A stretch of 64,000 bases of DNA. It comes from Antedon mediterranea (Eukaryota > Animalia > Echinodermata). The notes beneath the pieces are model-generated. The model worked only from the letters and a program-made list of their open reading frames with translations. It did not search any database and was not told the DNA's origin. Within the stretch, counting starts at the first letter, position 1, and every line of letters starts with the position of its first letter. The stretch is from the NCBI RefSeq assembly GCF_964355755.1, contig NC_092677.1, positions 28,259,175-28,323,174 of the forward strand, in the 5' to 3' direction. The translations under genes and the position numbers were made by a program. Below, one piece after another: positions 11,101 to 22,792 of the stretch.

Positions 11101-14100
11101 AAATTAATAATCTACAGAATACGATATTAAGATACAAAATTCGGTGGTTGGGATGCAGCTCCGACTATTCAAACTAAAGGTACCACTATTTGTTCCATCG
11201 AAAACTAGCGAAACCGCCATTTTGTAAACACATCGTCATCGTGTTTATGAATTTATTTATAGCGAACGATATACGCGATGTTTATAATTGTCCGCGTATA
11301 AGAATTCATATAAATAAATACATTCCAATACAACGTATATTATTACTTGTTTATTTATCACAGTAAACATTTTAGTTGAGGAATATTTATCATAACTATT
11401 ATAATAGCTTTTATACGAGTCCGAGGCCTAGCCCTATTAGCGAGCGATTGTTCCAGGGGCGGAAAGTCACTTAGTGACGTTGTGATCGGGCGCGTCGGGC
11501 CTAGCTAATATTAATAATATGACCTGAAATAAGCGGCTAACAAGAACTGTTATATACTTGCTTACAATTGTTTTGTTATTGATGAACAAACAAGCAATTA
11601 GATTGAATAACAAATTATTTATTCATTTTTTTGGGGTAAAAACATGTACAAACTAGGCCTAGGGGCCTAGTACTGTATAATAAAAATTAATAGTAATATT
11701 AAACTAATACAGTATTAATAAAATATAAAATAGGCCTAACATACAATAAATATTCAATTTTTAAGGTCTACCACATGACAATAACATCATTTACAGAGTA
11801 TAGTGTAGTAGGTTTGCATTCAACATAAATATTTGTATTGTAATTCATCTAAATCCTCTGCAACATACATATATATTTGTAATTCAACATTTTGTTTTAA
11901 ATAATTAAATTATAGTTTGGGTATGACAATGTCGATAGGTACCGGTGTCATCTTTTTATCCACTTCACTCTCAGTTTGAAGTCACAAAGACAAAGAACTC
12001 TGCATCATCAACGATTCCTGAAAGTGTCAGAAAAAATAATAAATATTATTTAAAAAAAATGTTAATGTCTGGTTGTATATATAATTATAATATTATATGA
12101 TGACATAAAAGTAAGGCAAATGGAAGCTGTATTTTATTAATTAAATTACAGTATTTACTATTATTATTTATATAATCTAGGCCTATACTTAGTAGCCTAG
12201 CTAGGCATCTATTGAGCCTAATAAATCAAATAATAAATGAAAAATAAAATAATATTAATACTGATTGAAAAAAAGTATTTTTTGGGGGGGATCAGATCAC
12301 CAGGCTAGGCCGGCCAGGACCAATGATACTCGTAATCAGTACAACTTAACGACTATCGGATCAGCATCAACACAGTACCAACACACGTCTCGCTATCGCC
12401 TATACTGACACACGTGTCTCGCGTTGCCGAAACCACGCTCACAGCTAGAAAATGTACCTACCTTTCGAGGCCTGAGAATACACCAACACATTTTGAACAG
12501 GATAGAAATATATCATACTCGATTAAACTAATATTATTCTTGATAAAACAATTGATTACAATTTTTTTAATTTGTTGGGATGCACCTCCGACTATTCAGA
12601 AAATGGACAACAAAACAGTAGTCAAATCGTACCACATTTATAAATTTCACGAGTCCCGACTTCAGTCGCCGAATGTATTGTATTAGCTTCGGTTTCTTTG
12701 AAGAAAACCGATTGGTTATTCAATTATACTTATTAGGAAATGCTTTTACCATAATAGGTAATGTTGGGCGGTTCTTAAATATTCTTGAGAGCTTAAAATA
12801 AAACAGCACTTATTTGCTAGGCGACGAAAAATCGTGGTTTCAGTTTTCAACGATAGGTGGCGCTTCAAAATCGTCAATGCGGAAGTAAGTCGATTTTACA
12901 CGATTTAACGGTCAAAACGCGAAGTGGCTTTCCCACTGCATATGTTATGTATTTTATTATACAATTTATTGTAAACTATATTTAAATTATTGTATAAACT
13001 ATTAGTTTTGTAGGTTTTTAGCTTTGTTAATGCATTTTTCAACGGGCGCTAACGGCGTCTCGTAATTTCAGTCACGCTTCGTCGCATTCGCTGTACACAA
13101 TAATACGACATGAGGCGGTTATAAATTGGGTATCAAAGTCTAAATTTCTCGTAAAATCTCAAGTTTTGCAAGACGCAACATCAAGAAATGTTATTACCTA
13201 TATACGTAGAACCTACGGATGAAATTTTATTAGGGTACGTTCTTATACCATGGTGAGGGTGATTTTTGACTGGACTATAAGAGAATGTGACAAAATGTGT
13301 TCATTGATTTGATTATTTTTATTATTTTTTCCAGAACTTTTCGTTGTAATAAATGTATGAGTAAGTATTCAACACAAGCAGCTCTAGATCACCACAACGC
13401 TACAACAAACCACCGCTTTGACTGTACTCATTGTGGAAAGGTATTCCCAAGTGAGCGTAACTTGCGGCGCCATCTACCGACTCACACCAGTGTAGGTACG
13501 TTTCGATGCGAGATGTGCGATAAATACTTCAAGACAGAACATTACCTCAAGACTCATCAATTAATTCATTCTGGATATAAACCATTTCGATGTGAAATAT
13601 GCCAGGCAGCTTTCAATCGTAAAGATAAGCTGAAACGTCACATGTTGATACACAATCCTGTAAAGCGCTTCAAATGCCCATTTCAATCTGTAACCGGATG
13701 CAAGTCGGAATTCAACAGACCGGACAAGTTGAAAGCTCACGTAATATCGCACAGCGGCGTTAAACCATTCCGTTGCCAGATATGCGACAAAAAGTTTTGT
13801 CGCAAAACAAATTTATCGGACCACATGCGAGTACACACAGATGATTACCCAAATAGGTGTGAGAAATGCAACAAGGGATACAATAGGAATCACACATGTT
13901 CAAGGTTTAAGAGGAACAAATTCACTTCCTCCAAAACGGAGAGTAAAAACATGATTGAAAGACTAGATGAGATCTTGGAAGTAGACTACTTGAGTAACGC
14001 AGATAGTGCTTTAAATACGGAAACCGATCAAGTAGGAACTAGGCGATCTAAAAGAATTAAAATTAAAAAGAAAGGACGACAACAAGAATTAGCCATGAAA

Positions 14101-14430
14101 GCTAAAGCTTCCCAGAATGTTCCTAAAGAGAACAAACAAGGGAAAGGTGTGAGTCTCACGGCAAGTAACATGATTGCAGGTATTGCACGAGACTTAGAAA
14201 TTATAAAAGCACATATGAATGAGAATCAGAAAGATACTGATGATGCGTTACCAACTGACCGTTGCCAGGATGATATTGAACAAAGTATATTACTCACTCA
14301 ATTTACAGAGTCCATTTGTCCGCCATCAAAGAATTGTAACTTAGAACATTCTGCTACCTCTGCTTTTGATGCTGTGATTGGATCCACTACGGACAATCAA
14401 GATCATTCTATACAAGCTTCATCCTCATGA
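5113..14430 (+). CDS. ZNF341: Zinc finger protein 341 ortholog, about 827 aa, 7 coding exons
   Basis: Exons 5113-5146, 5861-5938, 6139-6974, 7103-7190, 7461-7612, 7894-8093, 13335-14430; all GT-AG and frame-consistent. N-terminus [25 protein letters not shown]...[15 protein letters not shown] and motifs [42 protein letters not shown] match ZNF341 as I recall it. Confidence 0.93.
5340..5660. other. CTAG/TAGGCCTA-rich island in ZNF341 intron 1
   Basis: Dense tagcta/taggccta/ctag words just downstream of exon 1. Confidence 0.8.
7267..7426. repeat. 72-bp tandem duplication (about 2.2 copies) in ZNF341 intron 4
   Basis: tctcagtagattttgtaacttgtagcaggagagaagaatgcattgtaaaaccaatattgtaatgtacaatac occurs twice. 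Confidence 0.9.
8130..8291. mobile_element. About 160-bp MITE with imperfect terminal inverted repeats
   Basis: gggagctttaaatttgcgacgacc ... ggttgtcgtaaatcgatagctccc. Confidence 0.6.
8446..13276. mobile_element. Non-autonomous DNA transposon with about 800-bp inverted arms (foldback-like, possibly ISL2EU or Harbinger related)
   Basis: Left arm about 8446-9275 is the reverse complement of about 10268-10762 plus 12939-13276. Termini agtccagtcaaaaatcaccc...; flanked by AT, or by TAA if the ends are taken 1 nt wider. No transposase ORF seen. Confidence 0.88.
10763..12938. mobile_element. Nested non-autonomous DNA transposon with CAGTGGGA termini (Tc1/mariner-like) in the right arm of the larger element
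   Basis: cagtgggacagcca ... tggctttcccactg; interrupts tctata^tg, which is intact in the left arm; flanks tata / cata. Confidence 0.8.
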
Positions 14431-14508
14431 TCCCCTACGTCATTACACTGTTTATACTGTACAAGCTTCATCCTCATGATCCCCTACGTCATTACACTGT
14501 TTATACTG
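14411..14508 (+). repeat. 49-bp tandem duplication spanning the ZNF341 stop codon
   Basis: tacaagcttcatcctcatgatcccctacgtcattacactgtttatactg at 14411 and 14460. Confidence 0.95.
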
Positions 14509-15210
14509 TATACAATTATTTATATTAATATAAAAAGAGTCGCACTGTTAAATCACTATATTTACATTTACAGTATGTAATATTTGTACGTATTGACTTT
14601 GTCGTTCTTTTCCCCTGTCGATGTTTACATTTTTAAGGTAGAATTCAGAATCAAAATACAGTTGTCGCAACAGAATAATATCTAATGGTGTGTGTACTAT
14701 TATTCCTCAACATATTTATTATTACATGGGCTATAAAAAGCAGACAGGGTTACATTTTTAAATCATGTTATACTTTTTTTTTTTATTTTAGTGAGACGAG
14801 GGCACAGATTCTGCACAATAATAAAAGAATGTACAATTTGTTTGTTAAATTATTATGTGTATAAACTATGTAGACACTGCTTCATATGCCACCAATCAAG
14901 ACTTTGCTTAAGTAGGAGCTGAACCTCCACATTTTTTATTGTAAATAAGTATGAAATTTTGATTCACTTTTTAAATAATAAATTAAAATAATTTAACATA
15001 ATCTCCATGCTATTAATATTTAAAATTCACTAATGTAACCTAGAGAATCATTGTTATTAATTTCGTTATTCTGAAGGCACCCATTTGTTGGGATTCTTAC
15101 TGTATTTGATAAAATATTGTGCTAACATACAATATATCTATTTACAGTATATGATACCGTTTTGTGTTTAATTGTTGTAGACCACATCACACATTTCAAC
15201 TCCAAACCAC

Positions 15211-15447
15211 CATCATTCACGCTGACCAATGGCTGTCAATAAAATAAAAATACATTTAGGAGTTAAATGGGGAGATAAAATATGTTCGTGACTATTAAAA
15301 TGAGTTGAATGGAGAGAAGACACCTTGTGACATCATTCACCTGACCAATGGCTGTCAATAAAATAAAAATACATTTAGGAGTTAAATGGAGAGATAAAAT
15401 ATGTTCGTGACTATTAAAATGAGTTGAATGGAGAGAAGACACCTTGA
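15211..15447. repeat. About 119-bp tandem duplication upstream of the AKTIP promoter
   Basis: catcattcac(g/c)ctgaccaatggctgtcaataaaataaaaatac...gagagaagacaccttg occurs twice. Confidence 0.9.
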
Positions 15448-15499
15448 TAATAAAGTGAATAAACGCCCTCTATTGGTCGTGTTGTTTCTTTAATAGTCA

Positions 15500-15682
15500 G
15501 CTAGCCGTTCGCGTTCAGAAAAGTGCAGCAGCAACAGAGGCGCAGGCGAGTGAGAGGCTAGACTTGCCGCTAGAGATGCTACTTTTTTGCAATACTCTGG
15601 GCCTAGAATTTTGTCTTTAGCAGACATATTGTTAAATAAATATAGACCTGCGAATGTATTAACGTTTATTTGATTACAACAG
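15500..15682 (+). promoter_or_regulatory. Probable AKTIP promoter and non-coding exon 1
   Basis: CpG-containing stretch, ATTGG (CCAAT) near 15472, donor acag|gtaata at 15682/15683, followed by a CTAG-rich intron. Confidence 0.55.
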
Positions 15683-16249
15683 GTAATAGTAGAAGACAAT
15701 ATAGTACTATATAATGGCTAAACAAGTGATTAATATTAAATTAACAAACGGTGGTCAGGAGCTAGTAGGCCTACTAACTAGGCCTAGCTAGGCCAGCAGT
15801 AGTGTAGTAGGCTACTACTAGGCTAGGCCTATCCTACTTACTAGGAATACACCCTTACTAGCGAGCTAGTAGTAGTAGTAGAAGTAGGCATATCAATGCT
15901 ATAACCAAAAGGGGATAGGCTAGTAATAATATATTACTATAATAGTGAAGCAGTCTTAAGTTCTTGGCTCTAGCTGCTACATTTTTTTTAAATATTGAAA
16001 AATAATAAGCCTAGGCCTAAGTTAGTGTTTATTTCTAACCAATATTATTAAATAAACATGAAAATGTATGAATAAGCTCGCGTACTTTTGTTTTGTCATA
16101 CAACAAGTTTGTGAAATTACTGTGCAGTACCTATTTAGGATTTAAAGCTTGACATTGTTATGATCTTCAATCATCATTTTAAAATTTTATTTTCAGATTT
16201 GATAAATTTTGCTTAATGAATTTCTTTAAGTGTACATGGAAGGTGTATA

Positions 16250-19200
16250 ATGACAGATGCTAAAGCTAAGGTGAGCTTTTCATTAACGTTTTTTAATAGT
16301 CTGTGTTAATATTACCTTCATTCATTGTTATTGAATTATTCAACATATACTAACACAAAAATATATAAATTACATATGATGGAACTTGTAATAGTCTTCC
16401 TTTATTCTAAAACTTTGAAAATAATTAATTGTAAAAACTACCAGTGCTCTGCAATAATATACTGTTCTCTATGATATACTATACTATCATGTTTTTTTAG
16501 ATAACAGACACACTTTGTCAAGGTTTTCTTGTTATTTATGATCAATTGTAAATGTTGTGTGGCAATGTATGTCTAAGTAAGTTGTGCAACTTTCAACAAT
16601 ATATTTATGTATCCGATTTCTCTGTAATTAACTGAACAATATCTTCTATCGTATAATTTTAACTCCTAATTGGATGTGCTATTATAATTTTACAATAATT
16701 ACGAGTTTATGTTGGTGAGATAATCATTCTACTGTACAATCTTTACAAAAAAGTGCATGGTTGTCGAGATATGTAAAGTAGACTACCAAACACAATATAA
16801 TAGATTTTCCAATGGATGATACGTTTATATCCTTTTGTGATTGTTGTGGTTTGTGTGAATAGCTTTAAAAACAAACAATTTACACGATCTTTACAAACTT
16901 GGAGGTTACTTCTCTAATTTGCATATTTGTTTAATAGAAAAAAAGAATTCCGTATGTTTTGTTGAAGTATTTAGTCGTATCATGGTTATATAGTAGAATT
17001 TTGAGTTTACTGTTTGGTAACCCCTTCAACTACACTTGTTATGTCTCAAGCCTTGAGACATAACAAGTGTAGTTGATCAATATGTTGATCATTGGTTCAG
17101 GTTAATCGTTTTTATTCCATCCAATATTTTGTCATAAGTGAAACTGTTTGTAACATTAAAATGGCATATTAAAAAACAAAATTTCTATGTAACTAATATT
17201 TAGACCAGACTTTAATAATATTGTTACTAAGTACTACTCAAACTACTACAGTATGGATCTGAGATTCCCACTTTCCATTTTTTTCTTTGAACTATGCTCA
17301 TTTATAATTAGGTTAAGAATGTGTATGCTGAATGGAAATAAAGAAGGATTGTTTTGAAATGATAATTGTGGCTGCCGCCCTCTCTTTGTCATGAATAACT
17401 ACTCAGTACACCTCAATAGAGAGCAAAGTCTATTTAGCAATAATTGTATGACTTGATTTGCTGTTACCATGGTAATTAAGACTGCTGAATCTCATTATAA
17501 TATTAAGTAGGACAATACACTGCTAAACAGGTGATGTTTAGTTATCAGTTCTAATATTAAAACTCGTCTTGATCATACAGGTAGTTGTTTGTCCTCTTTA
17601 TGGGAAAATAATAAAAGAATATTTCGGAATTTAATATATTTCTTGTTTTGTAAAATTACAATTGAACAATTCCTTACAAATTTGTGAATCAGTACTGTAA
17701 TTAGACTTGAGCCTTTTTATATGCAAATTAGGTTAGTATGTATTAGCCAATCAATGACTTGCTATGTGCTGGAATGATGTGAGATGAAATTAATAATTGA
17801 GTATTGCATGGTAATTGTAGGTATCCATTGCCTTGTACATAGACAGTACTAACATAGACCATGTTCAATAATTATGATGCTCTCAGATTCTTCAGATGAA
17901 GAATTAGTTGAATGGTTTTTCTCTAAAATATGTGTAAGTACAGTATATAGTAATTTTGACAATAATCTAGCTTTGGTTGTTAAGTAGCATTCATACAGTA
18001 TCATAGCATCATATATATTTTAGTATACGTGTCTATTAAAAAGGCGTCTGAGAATTTATAATTAGCATGTAAAATTTTAAAATCTGTGTCTTGTAGTTAG
18101 ATGAAGATCAGTTGACAACATCCAAGCGTGCTGTAACTAAGAAACAACTTCCTAAGATTCCACCTGAACAAGCTTACTCAGCATCGTCTACCAGAATGAA
18201 GGAACGACAGAACTCCCTCACTGGTGCCAATGGCTCTTATGGACCATACTTCCTTGAATACTCTTTATTAGCTGAATAGTATGTCAATTCAATTTATTCT
18301 GGAAAATAAACTCACAAATTATGATTGCATTAGCCGAGTTGTTTGGGCATATTACTATCAAAGTATCATACAGGCACTCCCGATCCCAGTCCGCTTTGCT
18401 GTAAATTAAGTAACTTGCTGAAAAATACTAGAAAGGCAGTGTGGAAAGGAACTGCCACGTAATGCTGAGACCGGTACAAGGAGCTCCTAACGGCTCATTC
18501 CCAAGGAACTGCCACGTAATGCTGAGACCGGTACAAGGAGCTCCTAACGGCTCATTCCCAAGGAACTGCCACGTAATGCTGAGACCGGTACAAGGAGCTC
18601 CTAACGGCTCATTCCCAAGGAACTGCCACGTAATGCTGAGACCGGTACAAGGAGCTCCTAACGGCTCATTCCCAAGGAACTGCCACGTAATGCTGAGACC
18701 GGTACAAGGAGCTCCTAACGGCTCATTCCCAAGGAACTGCCACGTAATGCTGAGACCGGTACAAGGAGCTCCTAACGGCTCATTCCCAAGGAACTGCCAC
18801 GTAATGCTGAGACCGGTACAAGGAGCTCCTAACGGCTCATTCCCAAGGAACTGCCACGTAATGCTGAGACCGGTACAAGGAGCTCCTAACGGCTCATTCC
18901 CATGTTCAGAAAGAATACACACATAGAATTTTACCTTTGTGTTGGTAACATGCTTAGAATTAGATCCTGCAAATTGTTCAGAAGCAATAATATTTGATAT
19001 TTACTTTTTTCAGTAATCAACTCCAGAAGAATAAACTTCCAGGTGTTTATGTCATACCCTCAGCTGGATCACCTCTTCGTAAGTTTATCGCATGTTTCTA
19101 AGATGTACTGTATTGTCCCCTAAAAATGAAAAAATGAAGATTAATAAAATCAAACTTTGGACAGGCCATTTGTAGTTTTAATAATGTTATTCACTTCCAT

Positions 19201-21009
19201 AAAAAAAAATTTAAGACAAAAAAATCATTCGTTGACAGCCAATTTGACTATTTTTTGTATTAAATTACAGTTTCTGGTCAAAGTGAATAACAAATAGCAT
19301 ATTTTAACAAAATTCAGGGGGAAAATATTATTAATATCAAATCAATCAATTGATGATTGTTGATAGGTTTTTTTTTTTTCCGATAAGATTGGTTTGGTGT
19401 ACTTTTTGTTCGACAAGGAATGTACCAAGAAGGTGTATTTAAGTTTGATCTTATCATTCCTGACAATTATCCTGATGGAGAGTGTCCGGTACGTACTTGC
19501 AGTATAGACAAATAATGAATGTATTCTTATTACTGTATAATAACTAGGGTATAAAATAAAATATGTGTTTATGATGTATTTAAGTGCATTTATTTGGATT
19601 AAGAGACTGGGAGTTAACTGACCACCCCCAAGTGGTTTTTATATAAATCAAAAATTAAAATAAAAGTGTATAGCATGGTATAAACATGGATCTTAAGTAC
19701 TCCAGCAGTGGAGTAAACTGATACTAAGTATCCGTCAATGACAGCCATGTGTCTTGAGAAGAAGATGACTACACTACAAGAACAGTAAAAACAGTAAGTT
19801 GTGCTTCCATTACTAAATGCATTGTTTTTGTTACTTTTAGAGATTGATTTTTAAAATACCAATCTTTCATCCCGTAATTGACGTTATGACAGGCGAGTTG
19901 GATGTGAAGAGGGCATTTCCAAAATGGAAGCGAGGTGTTAATCATATTTGGCAGATATTGCTTTATGCAAGAAGAGTGTTTTACAAAATAGACACTAAAT
20001 TGCCATTGAATCCCCAAGCAGCTGCCTTGTAAGTACCTCACTGTATAACTACATTAAGTACATGTATATAAGTACAATACTAATATTGTTTTTAAAAAAT
20101 CTATTTTTAGACTGTAGATGATTTAATAGATCTTATAATTTATAAAGGAACATTGTATAGTACACAATATATTGCTATGCATTTATCAAATGGTATAGCC
20201 AAGAAATAATTATAACAAATCTGCAGCTTAACGCCAAACTTTAGTTTTTAAAAACTAGTAGTAAAAACTGTTTGATATTGTGTATACAGTATTCAAATCA
20301 CTCACCTGTTTACAATTTTTAATAAAGGTACGACAATGATCAAGAATTATTTAAAAGCAAAGTTTTGGAGTCTGTTCAGTTGTGTAAGAGTAAAATGTAT
20401 GAAGCGCCCGACAGTGACGATCCGCATGCGATTAGGTTCAGTGAACTACCAGATGAAACACATGACAAAGTTAAACATAGCATCTGTGAGGCGAAGGTTT
20501 GTCTTTCATGAATCTTAATAAGTGGGGTAAGGGAATTCCAACGTTTATAATCCTCTGTTTTATCACCCGTTTCATCATCATTATCATTTTTATCAACCGT
20601 TTCATCATCAATATCAATATCATCATTTTATGTCATTTAAACTTGTCTTTCTGGGTTGCGTGGCCAAAGATTTAGAATCTTTAACCAGTTTCTGTACACA
20701 TTTTCATTTAGTGAATTTTTTTTTTAAATGGATGAAGTCTCCTCTTCCTTGATTTCTTTGTCATTATTATGTTAATCATCATCATACATCATCATCTATG
20801 TTGTTCCTACAGTAGTAACCTTTTACTTATGATAATAATCTTTGCTTCACTATGACATTTAATGATAATTTAAAATACTAATAATGTTTTTAATTTTAAT
20901 TCAACAGTCATCATTAGACGACGAGCCTGGAATGAAGAATGCTCAGAGTTCAGGCTTATCGTGGGTTAAACCTGGTACTACCCAGGTGTTCAGTAGAGAT
21001 TCTCACTGA
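16250..21009 (+). CDS. AKTIP: AKT-interacting protein (FTS, inactive E2-like), about 275 aa, 7 coding exons
   Basis: Exons 16250-16270, 18097-18278, 19014-19078, 19388-19488, 19841-20028, 20328-20496, 20908-21009. Motifs [63 protein letters not shown]. Confidence 0.93.
17026..17076. repeat. Perfect 51-bp palindrome (25-bp arms, 1-nt spacer)
   Basis: tcaactacacttgttatgtctcaag-c-cttgagacataacaagtgtagttga. Confidence 0.95.
18446..18901. repeat. 57-bp minisatellite, 8 apparently identical copies, AKTIP intron
   Basis: Unit aaggaactgccacgtaatgctgagaccggtacaaggagctcctaacggctcattccc. Confidence 0.97.
19100..19330. mobile_element. Degenerate copy of the small Kolobok-like family also seen at 52885
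   Basis: aagatgta(ctgta)ttgtcccctaaaaatgaaaaaatgaaga ... cagggggaaaatat matches the ends of 52885-53010. Confidence 0.55.
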
Positions 21010-21086
21010 TGATGTCAGAGTTCAGGCTTATCGTGGGTTAAACCTGGTACTACCCAGGTGTTCAGTAGAGATTCTCACTGATGATG
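20943..21086 (+). repeat. 72-bp in-frame tandem duplication spanning the AKTIP stop codon
   Basis: tcagagttcaggcttatcgtgggttaaacctggtactacccaggtgttcagtagagattctcactgatgatg at 20943 and 21015. Confidence 0.95.
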
Positions 21087-21663
21087 CAAACATTGGACCG
21101 CACAGTACAAAGGTATGTTGTGACACATACATGGTTTGGCATCAACAGTAAGAAATTCATTTTAAAGAAAATAATGTATATGATTATATTTTTTTTTCAA
21201 AGCTAGTGTGTGCACATTTGGATATGATAAGTGGAATATTATAGTTATAGGATTTTATGGGTTAAGTAAAAAAATACTATGAGTAATAAAAAAGTAATGT
21301 TTATATATTAAACATCACTTTATTTGCACCCTAGGGGTTAGTATTTTGATACAAGTTGTGATATTTTATTGTTTTTATTTACAAAATGTATATCAGTACT
21401 TAAAATATATATGATGCATTTGTTTTGCTTTGAAGTCAGAAGAAATTTGTATAGAAATGTGTATTTATTCTAAAGTAGATTGGTTCTTTTTATTTGTATT
21501 ATTATTGCTTAGCAACCTAATAATATTTCTAATGATTTCTGTTTTTCAAGCTAAAAATAAGAGTACAATTAAATATTCTTAATTTTAGATTATATGAAAC
21601 TATAGAGGGCGGCAATTTGCTGCAATCTTTCTACTGGTAGAATTCAGTGAACCATGTCTGTTT

Positions 21664-21865
21664 ACCTGCCAACATTCTCATTTTCTCCTCATTTCTTTCT
21701 TTTTTTTTGTTCTTCCCCATTTCTACAGCCTATCCATTTTTTTCTTATTTTATTTTGGTATAAAACAAAATATGTTTAATGCATTTTTGTGTGTGGAAAA
21801 CTGTGCCTTTTCTACAGTCACAAAGATGGGATAAAGATGATTATTTTTTAATGTTGGCAGGTCTG
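21664..21865. mobile_element. Short MITE remnant downstream of AKTIP
   Basis: Inverted repeat acctgccaacatt ... aatgttggcaggt. Confidence 0.55.
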
Positions 21866-22792
21866 TAATTCTACCTCGAAACCTTTCTATTAAAAACCTT
21901 GTGAGAACTGAGCAATATTTTATAACTTTTGTCTTTGCGGAGAAGTAGTATAAAACTTATATACAGCTGTGTAACTTAATTATTATGTGTACATCTATGT
22001 AAATAATCATGTAGGCAATTATATGTACCTGCTGTTGCCATGCACTTAAGTACTAAATACTTAAGTTTAAACTTAAGTACAATTACACTCTACCAATGAC
22101 TTCCGTAGTGCCTTTAATCCTTCTCTATATATTGTGTATTTTTCGTCTAATAATTGTCAAGTATTTAATAATTTTGATGCTCATTTATCATGTGTATACA
22201 TTTAGTATTCAACATTCCAAAGTTATTATATAAAACAGTTTATTTTGTACAGATAATATCTAACATACTGTAACAACAGCAAATATACAAATCATTGTCG
22301 TTTTCTTGATTTATTGTTTTGTTAAATATAATTATTTGGTTTTGTGGAGTAAAATAAAGTTCATTTTTCATAGTAAATTAAGAATATATAATGTGCACTT
22401 TATACTTGTAAACAGATTTTGTGTTTATCATTCACATTTTGTGTTTATCATTCACATTTTGTGTTTATCATTCACATTTTCCATTAATGTAAATATTATT
22501 GCCAATAGACTAGTGTATGTGTAAAATGGTTTATTTTTCTTGTGGTGCAATTTCAAATAAAATAAAGATACATGGAAACATACAAGTTTGCCTATTTTGC
22601 TATGTATTCAATATTTATTATAACCATTAATGTCTTAAATCTACAATCTTACTGATCCTATTTGTGGATTATTCTTGTGAAAAGTTTTAATCTGTAGATC
22701 CTAATCCTTTTATTTAATTTTATATTTGACAATCCTTTACTCTCTGCTCAACATCATGGGAAATATTAGTCAACCACTTTGCTGCTCAATAT

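Noticed and set aside
18428-18926. Repeat-protein ORFs on both strands (also 2787-3056, 46340-46840, 57819-58421, 63363-63602)
   Set aside because: They are read-throughs of minisatellites, mostly with unit lengths divisible by 3, lying in introns or intergenic DNA without splice or start support.
22058-22079. 22-bp palindrome tacttaagtttaaacttaagta
   Set aside because: Short, AT-rich and low complexity, with no supporting context.
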